Of a stretch of DNA of 64,000 bases, positions 43,037-58,290 are shown piece by piece. Every line of letters starts with the position of its first letter. The stretch's first letter is position 1. Below the pieces are notes generated by a model that did not search any database, was not told the origin of the DNA, and worked only from the letters and a program-made list of their open reading frames with translations. Made by a program: the position numbers and the translations under genes. This stretch comes from Eledone cirrhosa (lineage: Eukaryota). Where the stretch lies: contig OZ024743.1 of NCBI GenBank assembly GCA_964016885.1, positions 314,774,001 to 314,838,000 on the forward strand, written 5' to 3'.

Positions 43037-44236
43037 ATATATATATATATAACGTTACATGCATATGTATACACGCATATGTATGTATGTGTGTATATAT
43101 ATAAATAATCCTATTGGAGATACTACTAATGATTGTCGTAAACTAGATATTATTCTCTCTAACAATAAATTACTTCTAAGACCATCACTTAAAGTATGCT
43201 TATCACAATTATCATTTACCTTTTTACCGACCACTTCAAATTTCCGAAATGAAAACCTAGCCTTATAATTGCTGTCATTACAAAGACATTGACGATACAA
43301 TGCAAAATATTATTATTATATTTTTAATGTGTTCCAAGAAGGTTTAAATCCTTTCTATTATCTGAATGACGTCTTCACGTAAAAGTATATGACACTTCCT
43401 CGTAATATAATAGGACTGATTGCTACTTGTATTTTAGGTCAGTGCATCTAAGTCCATATATTATTTCACTTTCGTTTATTTCTTTTACTGGATTCATCCT
43501 ACATACACACACACACACACACACATGAAGAACAAAGTATAAAGTTGATTTCCGTGATATGACTGAGCTCTTTATTATTAAAACTGCCGATAAAACGTCC
43601 ATGAGAAGCAACTCTGTAAGAAGCCAGCTAATCCTGCTAAGGAGTAAAATGCTATTTTGATTTCATTCATTTTCGTGAAAATGATTACTCACACACAACT
43701 ATTAAAATTTCTGTAATTAAATAGATTTACCTTTGTAATTGTAAATCATATATTTATTTGCTATTAGATTAAGTTTTGCACCTTTTACACATGTTTCAAA
43801 CACGGAAATATTTACAATTCTATTGGCTTTATCATAATGAAATTAAGATTGATGTTTTCAGTTCAGTAAATTAAATAAACTAAAATCATTAACATGCCCA
43901 AATATTCGATTTCGTTTCTAACAAATATATTTACAAATAAAACTTAAGACTATGAAGAAATTACTGATGCTCTTGCATCGGCTAATAGGTTTACAAATTC
44001 GAACAGTTGTTTAAGCTTTAATCCACGAGGAAGATGTGTTGATATGTAAACTTTGACTAAAATTTACATAAAACAGTACCAATCAAGTATGTTTAGGAAT
44101 CAATCACATATAGAAATTTGTCCGCCCACTTGTCCTAGTTTCTCTCATATTATTTTAACTACCGAGTATTGCTTTGATTAATTGTAAGTCAATTTAGTGA
44201 GACCCCAACATCCGTTAATATAATTATTTATAATAT

Positions 44237-44267
<31 letters not shown>

Positions 44268-44489
44268 TGCATGTATACTTTATCAATGTAAACTATCACT
44301 ATTGGTTTTAATTATTTTGTTGACTCTATATGTTATATATGTATCCAAAAACAGAATGTGTTCGTCGCACAAGAGCCATAACACGCGATAGGCATGTATG
44401 TTTTGTTTTTTACAAGAATAATAGAGTATCGTTTCAAAGATCTACTCATATATCATCATGGCGTTCTCATAATTAGTGGAGTCAGTCGT

Positions 44490-44985
44490 TACAGTGCCAC
44501 TCTAGACGCTTTTGTAATCAACCATCGCCACTGGTTCCTGTTTTCCCTATACGTAGATGGGTCTCGGTGTTGTGACCAGTCCAGTCTTTGGTGTTGCCGA
44601 ACCAGGATTTTCTTTCCCTGTCATTCCTTCGCTGTCCCTCCACTGTGCTCCGAAGGTTGAGTTTAAACAAGGAGTTGTGGCGTGACACATGACCATACAA
44701 GCCACGTTTTCGTATTTTCACCATAGCAAGGAGTGGTTCCTGTCTACCAACATATTGGTTAACGTGTTGTTTGACAAAACTGTTTTGTGCTCCGATTATG
44801 GGATGTGTAGCAAACTACTGGAGCACTTATGCTTGAATTCCTGGATTCTTTGTTCCGTGTTAGCTGTTAGAAGAATCGCAGTCACCAAGGACTTATAAAA
44901 GTTGTGCTTCGTTGGAAAACTAATGGAGTTGCTTTTCCGTATGACATGCAGCTTTACCATGACAGAAGTCGCCAGACGACTGTTT
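44490..44985 (-). pseudogene. RTE-clade LINE, C-terminal region
   Basis: SNSISFPTKHNFYKSLVTAILL...EQRIQEFKHKC...LLHIP / VKIRKRGLYGHVSRHNSL...TVEGQRR..RERKSWFGNTKDWTG. Confidence 0.9.
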
Positions 44986-45104
44986 GTTAGTATCTCTGTT
45001 TCTGTGTGTGCGTATGTGAGTGTAAGTGTGCGTGTGTGTGACTGTGTGGGTGTGTGGGTGTTTGTATGTGTGTGTATATAATATCTTTCTTCTTTTTGGC
45101 CCAC

Positions 45105-45285
45105 TTATTCCTGAGAGGGTAATGGTGGCAGGGTCTTTGATTACTGCTTCCAGCGCGTCCCGTTAGAAGCAAACCTCTCCAACTGATCCGGCTGGATCCC
45201 CAAGCGAGTCCAGCCAAGCTCATGGATGTTATCCAATCATCTTGCTCGAGAACTAACCTGGGTTTGCACTGGTTGGTTTTCCCAT
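45105..45285 (-). pseudogene. RTE-clade (Expander/Rex3-like) LINE extreme C-terminus
   Basis: LDNIHELGWTRLGIQPDQLERFASNGTRWKQ*SKTLPPLP resembles WRDYVSRLAWERLGIPPEELEE...W..LL.LLPPRP. Confidence 0.7.
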
Positions 45286-45860
45286 GTATAATATCCGATT
45301 ATTTTCAATATCGTTACGTTTTCTATACGATATAAATACTGAGCTATATTAGGCAAGGTTTCACAATCACAGAAGACGTTAAAGAATTCCTCGCCATATC
45401 ATAATAAACTGTTCACATCCATTCATCAGGAGTTTTTTGTTAGATATACCAATAAACACATTTTGTCTTTAATTTACTTTCTAGACTTACAATTTCTGAA
45501 GTAATTGAAATTAAAGACAAAAGCAATTGCAGAAAGCCGAATAAATGAGTTATGAAATCTAAGAGAAATCATCAAAGAATTGCTACAGAAAGCTCGAGGC
45601 AATATTAAAATTGTAAAATATTTCATCGTGTTCATGGGGGAGTTATTTGTCTGGAGGGAGTGTAAGCAGAAATGCACTAACATTAAAGCAATGAATTGAA
45701 GACATTGGGAAGTTTTTTAAGATATTGATGAGAAATAAATGCAACGAAGTGAGATTTGTTGATCCAGTTATGTGCATAAAAACATACACACACGCACATT
45801 CACTTACATGGAAGACACATACACTATAATATAAATATAGTGTATGCGTATATATATATA

Positions 45861-46231
<371 letters not shown>

Positions 46232-47157
46232 CTTATTAGAAAGCAAGTGACAAACAAAGAGTTACTTTAACTCAATTTATTAATGTTTACATATGTTTCA
46301 ACTTTAATATTAGCACATAATACTAAAGCATTGGAAGGACATTACTTCAGGATTTGGATGGTGAGAATCCAAAAGAAATAGAGGAATCATTACTGTATTG
46401 ATAAACCAATTAGACAAAGGTATTTTATTTCAAGGAACGCACAAACAAAGTATTTACTTATTTGCGTTAAATAAGCCTGGAATATTTCAGCTACAAGAAA
46501 CGAACATTCTTTTTTTTTTTTTTAAGAGATGTTTCAAAAAGTAGAATGTTATTATTTTCCAGAGAGACATATGCAAAGTAATTGATTAATTGTGCATATA
46601 AGTCTTGGATGTTTTCGGCAGCAAGCAATTAGTTATAAATAAAAGCAAACTTAAAATGTACTTTATATTAGATAGGAATATTAAATGCATGCTTAGTTAT
46701 TAAAATATCAAAATATTCTTCTATAACAGAGAAACGATGTTTTAAGAAACATTTCAATGACTTTAATTATGTTAAGCAAGCGGTGTTGCATAATCAATGA
46801 TATATAAATAGTTTTATTTTTTATTACATTGTCTTTATCTAAAAAAGTAATAAATTATAAATTTAGTCAGGAGTGTACAATTATAGTAAGGTACGCTATA
46901 AATGCATATTCTGTTATGTAGAAATTAAAAGTAAAGGAAAATATTCAGATCCATAAAAAGATATGAAATGCTTTAAAAGGCCTTACATACATGTCAGCTT
47001 TATATGTCTCAACTGTCTACAATAAACCGAAAAGGAAGAGGTGCGTTGTTTATTATATATATATATATATATGTGTGTGTATGTATGTGTATTTATGTGT
47101 GTATTTATGCTTGTGTATATTTATATATATATATATGTATATAACTGTGGGTGTGTG

Positions 47158-47270
<113 letters not shown>

Positions 47271-47304
47271 GTGTTTGTGTATGTATACGTGTACATATAC
47301 ACTA

Positions 47305-47612
47305 GAGAACTGTTTGCGCATTATAGTTCAGCCCTCATTCGTGGTGCTTAGACTAGATACATAAGAAATAAACTTACGCGTATCCGAAATAAATGCAGCT
47401 AGACAGAGAACCAGATCCCCTACACAACACACTTCATGAAAGTACTGAAGACTATCGAATACCCAACATCCACAGTGAATCCCCTAAGTAATCGAAAGCA
47501 CCATAGGCATATCACCTCCTACAGCATATGCTTCATTGAAGTACTACACTTCCACGAAAACTTAACCAGGGCAATCCGCAGAACTATCCGCAAAGAAGGA
47601 TTGAACATAAAA
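47305..47612 (+). pseudogene. Degenerate PLE RT thumb/linker remnant
   Basis: HYSSAL...RYIRNKLTRIRNKCS...HFMKVLKTIEYP...ENLTRAIRRTIRKEGLNIK, with stops and frameshifts. Confidence 0.5.
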
Positions 47613-48531
47613 TGATTTCCCTTCTTTTTGTAGCCCCCAGTATGCACAGGGATAAACAATATCAGCCTTGAACCACAGAACGTATAGTGACTTTCATAGG
47701 TTAATTAATAAAGGACATGGCTTTTCTTTTGTCTTTGAACTCTGCGCCCTAAGTTTTTCTATTCATATTCGAAATGTTTTATTTTGCGGGATATTTTTAA
47801 CTATCATATAAGAGACGTTGCACTTCCCGGCCTTTCTTCCTCTATTCTGCTTCCTAGCTATTTTAAAGCCTCTGTCATTCTTTTTTGTTTGTAAATTGGT
47901 CTGTGGGCAATATGTTTTTCATACTTTCTGCCTCGATATATTTTTGGCTCTTTTTGTACTGTCTCAGAGTGATTTGTTGTGTCTTAATGCACACCGGAAT
48001 GAATAATATCCACATTGATGCACATAAACTATAAAGATTTCGAGTTGTTGACTGATGAGAAGGGAGTATTCGTTTTTTTTTTCGTTGTCTTTGGCCTTTG
48101 AGCCTCTCTGTTATATATCGATAATAAAATTACCAGACATTTAAGATTATATAGTGGCCCCCCAAAAAAATAATTAATACCAACAACAATATAATTAATA
48201 GACTTGTAAAAATATGTAGTAGTATAGCCATGATCGACTAAGTGAGATGTGCACGGGCACAACAAAATCATGCAATATGCTCTGAAGTCACATGATTGCG
48301 AAAAAATATTTTAAAAATTCGACCATGTCGTCTCCACAACTACAGCATTCAAACGGCTGCGAAATTGGATTGCTGATATAGTTATTAAAATATACGTTAT
48401 CTCTCACATGACTGTTTGACGTTTTTATAATGAACGGACATTAAAGTGTATGATTGAAGACGTGTTCATAACAGCAGCTCTAGGCATTCATATTCATGGA
48501 AACATTCGTTAAAGTACGAGAGATGAGATAT

Positions 48532-48652
48532 AATTGTTTCTACTTTTGGCACAAGGCCAGTAATTAACCAGTGCATTACTGGTACTTTATTTTATCGACC
48601 CCGTAAGGATGAAAGCCAAAGTTAACCTCGGCGGAATTTGAACGGGATTTGA
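48532..48652 (-). mobile_element. 5'-truncated SINE A
   Basis: Homology to other copies; small duplication of cgg(g)atttgaa at the junction. Confidence 0.88.
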
Positions 48653-49059
48653 ACGGGAATAATGAAAACGTAGATATATTTAATGAAAGGAATTAAGACT
48701 ATTGAAACATTAAACAAAATTAAATTTTAAAATAAAAAGATAAAGGAAGGGGTCCCCCAAATGCAAGTGGAAATAGAGAACCATGACTCAGTGAAGGCAA
48801 ATAGTCGTACATGATGTTACTACCAACATAAAAATATTGTTGACGGGTAATACATTTGTATTAAATAATAAAGTGTATGTTCAAGTAAAGGGTTAGGAAG
48901 TATCCATGGGGATATAGGCGTTTATATCAAGGCCATGTCAATTTGTGATTGGGAGGTGGATAGTATTGTTTTTCTCATGCGCCACAATCCGGGGAAATAT
49001 CTCTATTTCTATTTTTGCAATTCATGCTGGACGCTCACTCCGGGAATTTTACTACGCCA

Positions 49060-49091
<32 letters not shown>

Positions 49092-49139
49092 TACTTTCTT
49101 CCTTTCTTTCTCACTTTCTCTCTCTTTCTCCCTCTCTCG

Positions 49140-49415
<276 letters not shown>

Positions 49416-50017
49416 CCTGTTTTCTATCATTGCTGTCTGTGTTTGTGTTTAAATAATTTCTAATTCAAGTCTCTAGGTTGAAAGTACTAACATCACGCCT
49501 GAATCAATAGTTATCTCTAGCTGTTTTTCACAGCAATATTTCAGTCCCATTTATAAGGGTACTACTACGATATGCTCTCACGTCATATCGGTGTAATTTC
49601 TCTAGAGGGCTCTGTTGACTGACGTGGTTTATGTTCCTTGCTGTTTCTTGGGGCAAAGCTTTCGGCATCTTGTTGCTGGGGTGCTGTTCAGATATACTGT
49701 CAATAACATGGTGATAGTTTTCCATCTCACTATTTCGATCCATTCATGTTCTATTTAATCTCTTTCTTCCATTTATTTTCCTATATTAATCTCGTTATGT
49801 CACAGTATTGTCTACTTCCACAGAAAATAGCGGTTTAATCGGGTGTGACAAGATTAAGTAAAGTAGTCAATAGTTTAGTATAGAGTAAACATTCTACAGG
49901 ACTAGAACTTTTCCATTCAAATCAGGAAAAGGTTCCTCATTTCTTTTGAATGAAACATTTCTATTCCTGTAGAAGCTATTTCTTTATTAAACATAATATA
50001 TATATATATATAAATAT

Positions 50018-50270
50018 AAGTATATATACGTACATACATATATTTATACAGACGTAGAGTAGTATGTATACATATACATACATGCACACACACATATATA
50101 TATATATATGTATGGATTTACCGAACATTTATTATAATGTTCGGTTTGTTTGTAAACAAACAGCCCGAATTAAGCCGTAGAGTGTTCGCCCTTTTGTTCA
50201 ACACTGACAAAGGTACGATGTATCAGCCGAACTAAGAGTGAAAAATAAAATTTCATTTCATACTTTTCCA
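50018..50270. mobile_element. Family H copy with 5' inversion (antisense 50018-50220, sense 50221-50270)
   Basis: Homology to 15364-16441. Confidence 0.85.
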
Positions 50271-50278
50271 TATATATT

Positions 50279-50377
<99 letters not shown>

Positions 50378-50569
50378 GAAAAGATTTAATCCCGACGGCT
50401 GAGCTCAAGCCGTTCCGACGGCTATTTTTGGACCAGAAATAGCCGTCAAAACAGCTCCAGTTCTGCCGTCGGGGTTAAACATTTTCCTATTACCGCCTCT
50501 ATTACCCTAGGTATTGAGTACTCTGTTGTGTTATGGTCCATCTGATTCCTTACCACACCTCCTTCGTTA
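50378..50569 (+). mobile_element. Family F copy
   Basis: Homology to other copies; TA-flanked. Confidence 0.9.
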
Positions 50570-50589
50570 TGCATATATATATATATACA

Positions 50590-50670
<81 letters not shown>

Positions 50671-50756
50671 TATATACATGTGTTTTTATATATATGTATA
50701 TATATATATATATATATGTATTTATATATATATATTTATATATATATATATGTATT

Positions 50757-50789
<33 letters not shown>

Positions 50790-51452
50790 ATGTATTTATA
50801 TATATATGTATTTATATATATATATTTACACACTTCCGGGCGGTATTCAATGGTGTTTCTAGAAATGTAACAACCTCCTGTATCGAACTAAAGAACACCA
50901 GACTACGATCTCTAACTGGATTGTCGTGGATTATGTGAAGGGCATATAATCGAAAAATACACTCCCCTGACCATGAAAATGCCGAAGTACATGAAATACT
51001 TGACATCCCTGCGCTGTGCATCTCCATTACTTATAACACTTTTAATGTTTGCACTATCTTTAATGCTTATAATATTTCTCCACACACAGACTATATCAAT
51101 CATATAAAGAATTTGCCACCAGATCTACCAACCTAACACTCTTATTTACCTACCTAAGTGCCTCTACCACGCATATCTCTCTGCCACACTATATAAACAA
51201 GACGCACATGCGTGCCACACATATAACATGTGCACTATATAACCGCCTATCTTCATGTTGTATTTTAACCTATATTTTTGATTTTTGATTGTACCTATTA
51301 ATATAAATGTAATCCCGAAGTGTGTACTGCCACTCTAAATTCTGTAATGAATGATGACCCACAATGTTGGAATATGTATCAATGTTTGAATATGTATTGG
51401 TATGTCTCTCGGCTGAAAAGGAGGTCATATAACTGTCCATGCATTAATAAAT

Positions 51453-51499
51453 TGCTCCGAAGAATCCAAACCTCGGTTTGGAGGAAACAGCTGTAAGCA
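51453..51499 (+). ncRNA. Type I minimal HHR motif with core CCGAAGA
   Basis: TGCT CCGAAGA A TCCAAAC-CTCG-GTTTGGA G GAAA CAGCTG TA AGCA. Confidence 0.75.
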
Positions 51500-51565
51500 C
51501 AATAATGTTTTGAACAGTTCTTTGATTCATTTATTTCATATATTTCATATTTATATATATATATG

Positions 51566-51634
<69 letters not shown>

Positions 51635-51891
51635 TTATATATATTTATATATATATGTATATATATATATATATGTATTTATATATATATATATATATAT
51701 TTATATGTATATGTATTTATATATATATATATACACATATATATATACATATATATATATATACATATATGTGTATTTATATATATATATATATATGTAT
51801 TTATATATATATATTTATATATATATATTTATATATATATGTATTTATATATATATATATTTATTTATATATATATGTATTTATATATATA

Positions 51892-52033
<142 letters not shown>

Positions 52034-52059
52034 ATATATATATACATATATATATATAA

Positions 52060-52103
<44 letters not shown>

Positions 52104-52186
52104 TCATATATATACATATATATACATATATATATATATATACACATATATATATATACACATATATATATATACATATATATATC

Positions 52187-52273
52187 AATGAAATGGTGCA
52201 TTGTGAATGAAGACTGCTCAAACTGCTGCGGGTTAATCGATTCCAATGGCAATAATTGATGTGTGTGCTATAT

Positions 52274-52327
<54 letters not shown>

Positions 52328-52513
52328 AATATATATATATTTAATATACATGAATACATATATGTTTGCCACATACATAATGACAATAACACACATACTC
52401 AAGCGTTCATATGTAGTTTGGATGTCGATCAAGAACGTCAATTATTGCCATTGAAATCGATTAACACGCAGCAGTTTGAACGAATGTCTTCATTCACAAT
52501 ACACCATTTCATT
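52187..52513. repeat. ~75-bp inverted repeat (52187-52259 / 52438-52513) around a TA-containing spacer
   Basis: aatgaaatggtgcattgtgaatgaagac...ggcaataattga and its reverse complement. Confidence 0.85.
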
Positions 52514-53329
52514 TTAAAAACTGATACATATTGGTTTAATCTTCCATCTCTCTCTTAAGTGACGCTCACATATACGGGATCAAATTCACATATGATATCC
52601 GAAGCGACCCTTGTAACGATCTACCGTTTGCCATTTAACGTTTGGCAAATATCGGATCAGATCCTGTTACAAGGCAGTCTCTAGCATGACCATCCATTAG
52701 TATGACAACATCTCAACACATTGCATTTTTACTGAATAATGCAGGTATTTATTTATTTGCAGTTTTATTTAGTATTATATAATTGTTTTATTTTTATGTA
52801 TTATATAATTTTTTTATTCTTTTGTTTTTTGTTATTTCATACTAGCGGGTATTAAGTGCATCATGTTCTTCCAGCTAATGTGTTTATGACAAGATATTGA
52901 TTACTTTTTGTTTCATTTTTTTTCTTCTTCACCGTTACCTAAGACAGCATGTGCCAAGGACACAGACAACGACATGTATGGAAACGGCAAACATTAGCAT
53001 ATATTTATGTATAACATCAGAGAAGGACAACTTGGAAAATATTTAGCATTTTATCTATAGTAAATCATTCACCGGAAAGCCCATCCTACAGGGACAAACA
53101 AGTGTCACAAAGAAGCACACCTTCATGTGTTACATGCCACATTATCACTCTTTCTCCATCATCAGACATGTTATGTTCTTTCAACTAGACCACGTGGCAT
53201 TATGAAACTCTTTGGTTGCAAACGAATCAAATATTAAAAATATTATTATATTATTATCATCATCCACTCAGGAATGTATTTACGTATCCGCTATGTTTGA
53301 GCGAAAAGAAATTGTGTTTATATATATAT

Positions 53330-53371
53330 ATATATGATACATCACTGATTCTTTGTTTCCTTATATTATAT

Positions 53372-53411
<40 letters not shown>

Positions 53412-53930
53412 ATATAGGAGAAAAAAGAATCAATGTTGCATCATATACATATTAAATTACGCATTACACATGTTTCATTTGTCGATCAGCTCCTGGAACG
53501 ATCGATTAATGATGGATCCTGACTCTGGAATAGGAAGCTCCTAAGACGTGTGTTAACATGTAGACTCACGTCTAAGAGTGGACGGATATTTATCTTGATT
53601 CATTATTTTATCCTGCCACAGACTCTGTTAAAGGAATGCGTTATCATCGCATTCAACCAGTTAAGTTGTATTCGGGAAATCTCTGTTGGGGCCTGGCCTA
53701 GAACTCAGCAGCTATAACATAATGTGTGGTAGTATAAAATAATGAATCGGGAAACCACTCTTAGACACAGGTCTACATGTTAATACATACCTGAGGAGCT
53801 TCCGATTTCTGAGTCAGGATTATTAATCGATTATTAATCGATCCTGACTCTGAAATCGGAGGCTCCTTAGGTATGGGTTCACATGTAGACTCGCATCTAA
53901 AAGTGTTTGGGTAGTTATACCGATTCATTA
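53330..53930. mobile_element. Multiply inverted pLTR-like remnant (same family as 18510-18665)
   Basis: Three ~110-bp copies of gatcctgactctg...catgtagactc...gattcatta in alternating orientation, plus inverted tails around (TA)n. Confidence 0.8.
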
Positions 53931-54104
53931 TATATATATATATATAGTATTAAGGGTACTATTTATGGTTATGTATGCAATAAAACCTTTAATATATACA
54001 CAAACCCTAAATAGTGAGAGATAGTCATTAATTACTATCCTATTACCAGTAAGATAAATAGCTCAATGTAATAACATCAGCTGTTTTACAGAGCAGTTAT
54101 ATAG

Positions 54105-54503
<399 letters not shown>

Positions 54504-55544
54504 TCATGAAAAAATAGGGACCTAATTTACATAATTATTCTAATTAATTATATCCCCTATATCTATTTCACTGTTTGAGGGTTTATAAGAATTTTAGTTT
54601 TCATTTCTTGCAGGAGTTAAATGAATTTTACAAAATGTTGTGTCCACCCGCAAGTCTTATTTTGCAATGATATTCCACATGGGCAAATGTGTCGACTGAT
54701 TTGCCACATCCATCTAATTTTTGGTTGTCTTTAGCAAATTCCAGACTGTTGCAAATATTCGATACCGTACTCCCTTATTTCAGACAAACTCTCTTCTTTC
54801 CATTAATCTCAGAAGTTCTAATAAATGTTATGGACACTGAAATTTTCTCCCGGACTAAACAGTTAAAAGAAACATTTTGAACACGTATATATTCACTTTT
54901 CTGTATTAATACTTATATTTACAATAAAGTGGCTACCATTCCATTTTCTATATATTTCACACTATTAAGATAGCTAACGCTCTTGCTAAAAGTACGGTTA
55001 TCACACGTTTTCAAATTCACTCTATTAAACGTCTCAGATGTTGCCAACACTAAATAAAATAAAATATCTAGACACCAGAATTTCTTAGAACAATTTTAAT
55101 TTGATTGTATGTTCGTTGAGGTGCCTATTTCATTTCAACAATGAATATTTAATGCTTCATCCTAATGGCTGTGGAAGACGATTTACTTACGTGTTAGCTT
55201 CTCTGTGTATATCGTGGTTATTACTGACGCAATCTGTTAATAGGATTGCTGCGGTACCATACGATACATGTATGCACATTAAGAATGCTGTTCAGAGAAG
55301 TATGTCAATAATGATATATGCTTGAATCTTTTCTGAAAGATTTTTATTGAAAGGGGGAGTTTTATTTATAGAAATGTTAGTATTTCCATTAGAGGCATGA
55401 CATTACAATCTCATAACATCATTAATTGGAATAATGCTCTGGTGCCAGATGAAATTACTCTTACTTAGCACGAATATAAATTCAGTCATATTTTATCAAC
55501 ACAAAGCTTTCATAAATTCAGTTATGAAGGAAATTATATGGTAT

Positions 55545-55746
55545 GTGGAAGCTGTGGTAAGATACGTGGTGGATCGTAACGCACCAGAGTACTCGATACT
55601 TAGGGTAGTAGATTGGGTAATAGGAAAAGAGTCAGGGCTCCGACGGCTTAGCTCTGTCCGTTTTGACAGCTAGATCCGTACTCGAGTTCGTATCTAGCTG
55701 TCAAAGCGGGCGGAGTTCAGCCGTCGGGGTCCTGACTCTTTTCCTA
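55545..55746 (-). mobile_element. Diverged family F copy
   Basis: Same tail (gagtactctggtgcgtta) and same palindrome architecture, but different arm sequence. Confidence 0.8.
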
Positions 55747-55901
<155 letters not shown>

Positions 55902-55951
55902 TAGAGATAGGAGATAGAGAGAGAGAGAATATGCTTCGAAATCATTAGACA

Positions 55952-56038
55952 TGTCCGTCGAACCTGCGGGTCCAGAATCAGACAGATCCTACACAATGAT
56001 CGCGTCACGAGCTGTCCAACGGCGAAACAATTGTAACA
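55952..56038 (+). ncRNA. HHR-like motif with extended stem II
   Basis: TGT CCGTCGA A CC...GG C GAAA CAATTG TA ACA; tail gatgcatcactgatttttcgttttc shared with 41504-41527. Confidence 0.55.
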
Positions 56039-56089
56039 CACAATAAATTGAGTCAGATGCATCACTGATTTTTCGTTTTCTCTCTCTCT

Positions 56090-56179
<90 letters not shown>

Positions 56180-56187
<8 letters not shown>

Positions 56188-56708
56188 TTGAGGTTGGTAA
56201 TGACGCATGGAATATATAAGAGACAGAATACTTTTTTGTGAAAAAACATATAATTTTATAAGGTAAGGAAATAATAAAGGGTATAAAAAATGACCGGTTT
56301 CGATGGGACTGCAAAAGCCATCTTTTCAAATGTTGATTAATATTAAGAAAAATTAATAATAAGAAGAGTTAAAATTTGAGATTTGAAAATTCAAGTATAA
56401 AATTCATTGTGGGATTTCATGAAAGGCACACACCAGTCAACTTACGGCTACCAAGATGAAAACTACTATGAAATCCCACAATGAATTTTATACTTGAATT
56501 TTCAAATCTGAAATTTTAACTCTTCTTATTATTAATTTTTCTTAATATTAATCAACATTTGAAAAGATGGCTTTTGCAGACCCATCGAAACCGGTCATTT
56601 TTTATACCCTTTATTATTTCCTTACCTTATAAAATTATATGTTTTTTCACAAAAAAGTATTCTGTCTCTTATATATTCCATGTGCCATTACCAACCTCAA
56701 TTTTCTCT
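56180..56708. mobile_element. Palindromic pLTR-like remnant: 241-bp arms, 47-nt spacer, tail to 56744
   Basis: 56180-56420 / 56468-56708 are reverse complements with few mismatches. Confidence 0.92.
56554..56601 (+). ncRNA. HHR-like motif with U3-A8 core (mirror copy 56287-56334 on -)
   Basis: AACAT TTGAAAA GATGG-CTTTTGCAGAC-CCATC GAAA CCGG TC ATTTT. Confidence 0.55.
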
Positions 56709-56739
56709 ATAACCTTCGTTTTGTGTAGTAAATTACACT

Positions 56740-56896
<157 letters not shown>

Positions 56897-56995
56897 ATAA
56901 TATGAACTGTGAAACCGGTAAAATAGATAAATATTTTTAATAGACTCCAGTTGCATTTTCAATCCTTTTTCCTGATATATACGTACATATATATA

Positions 56996-57187
56996 TAGGA
57001 AAATGTATGACCCCGATGGCAGAGCTCAAGTCGTTTCGACAGCTATTTCTGGACTAGAAATAGCTGTCGAAACGGCTTGAGCTCTGCCGTCGGGGTCATA
57101 CATTTTCCTATTAACCACTCTACTACCCTAAGTATTGAGTACTCTGGTGCGTTATGGTCTATCTGGTTCCTTACCACAACTCCTTCG

Positions 57188-57190
<3 letters not shown>
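56996..57190 (+). mobile_element. Family F copy
   Basis: Homology to other copies; TA-flanked. Confidence 0.9.
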
Positions 57191-57228
<38 letters not shown>

Positions 57229-57260
57229 AGAAAAACCACAGACACTCCATCTCAATTTTA

Positions 57261-57296
57261 CTTTTGAAAAGCAGAAAAACTGCGAAACTGGTAAAG
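57261..57296 (+). ncRNA. Minimal HHR-like motif with U3-A8 core
   Basis: CTT TTGAAAA GCAG-AAAAA-CTGC GAAA CTGG TA AAG; partial second copy near 56905 has GAAACCGGTA. Confidence 0.5.
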
Positions 57297-57668
57297 GAAC
57301 CAAATAAATATATATTTAAAAAAAAAAGACTCCAGTTGTATTTTCGATTTCATCTATATTCTAAAAGCATATTTCTAATTTCAAGTGTAACATATTTCTG
57401 AACATCTGTGATAACACTTTGTGGACATATCTGATATCCTTACTAACAAGAACAGTGGTAGTTTATTGGTTTTATGTTAATATACAAAACACAGAACGCC
57501 AGAGTATAAACAGCTAACACTTGGTCAGAGATTGCTGCAATATATCTTCGTCGATTCTAAAGTTACATCATTTATAAATAACAAAAAATATATGAGTTTC
57601 ATCTCTAGTTTGAATTTTGCCTTTCTGCTGACATTTTCATATAACCTTTTAAACTTTATATATAGTGT

Positions 57669-57701
<33 letters not shown>

Positions 57702-57999
57702 CTATCTCTTTCTCTCTTTCTCTCATCAGGCTTTTAGGTGATGATATTTTCGAATATGTAAAATGACAAACTGACATTTTCCTTATCAATAAGAATGTCA
57801 TAAAAAGTATTTCGGCAGTACAGGAGACATCAGACTACTTACAGGGAAAACAAAAACACAGATACCAGATACAGAACGAAAACGTAATATCAGATCTCCA
57901 TGTCATAACACAAAATTAAATTAAATAGCGACTAGAAATCCGAAAGTTTCTTTTTCTCTTACAATTACCTCATTTCTATATAATATGAAGAAAGATACA

Positions 58000-58290
58000 T
58001 AGTTTGTTTAATTGATATAATTGTTAATGTCAAGAACATGGTGTCTTGTGGCATTTTGCTGATTGGTAGAATCGATAGAGCCTTCCTCAAGGTACCTTGT
58101 GATATTTTGTTCATTAGTACAATCGTTAGTGTCTTGCACAAGGTACCTTGTGGTATTTTAATTGGTAGAATCGTTAAACCTAGCACGAGTTAACTTGTGG
58201 TATTTTGTTGTCGCTATTTATCTCCTGGTTTTGAATTCAATTATAATCAACTCCACCTATCATCATTCCGGGGTGGATAAAAAAAGTATT
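58000..58290 (+). repeat. Four ~50-bp tandem units resembling a SINE head, followed by a decayed SINE body
   Basis: attggtagaatcgttag...cttgtggtatttt repeated; then catcattccggggtggataaaaaaagta. Confidence 0.7.

Noticed and set aside
46284-46352. HHR-like CTGAAGT...GAAACATATGTA on the minus strand
   Set aside because: Core is mutated and there is no stem I; probably a decayed relic but not supportable.
50830-51135. Possible GIY-YIG C-terminus upstream of the 51453 HHR
   Set aside because: Only FNGVSR/CN-like fragments, needing several frameshifts.
58000-58210. Regular repeats as a CRISPR array (also 32354-32462)
   Set aside because: No unique spacers, no cas genes, eukaryotic context.
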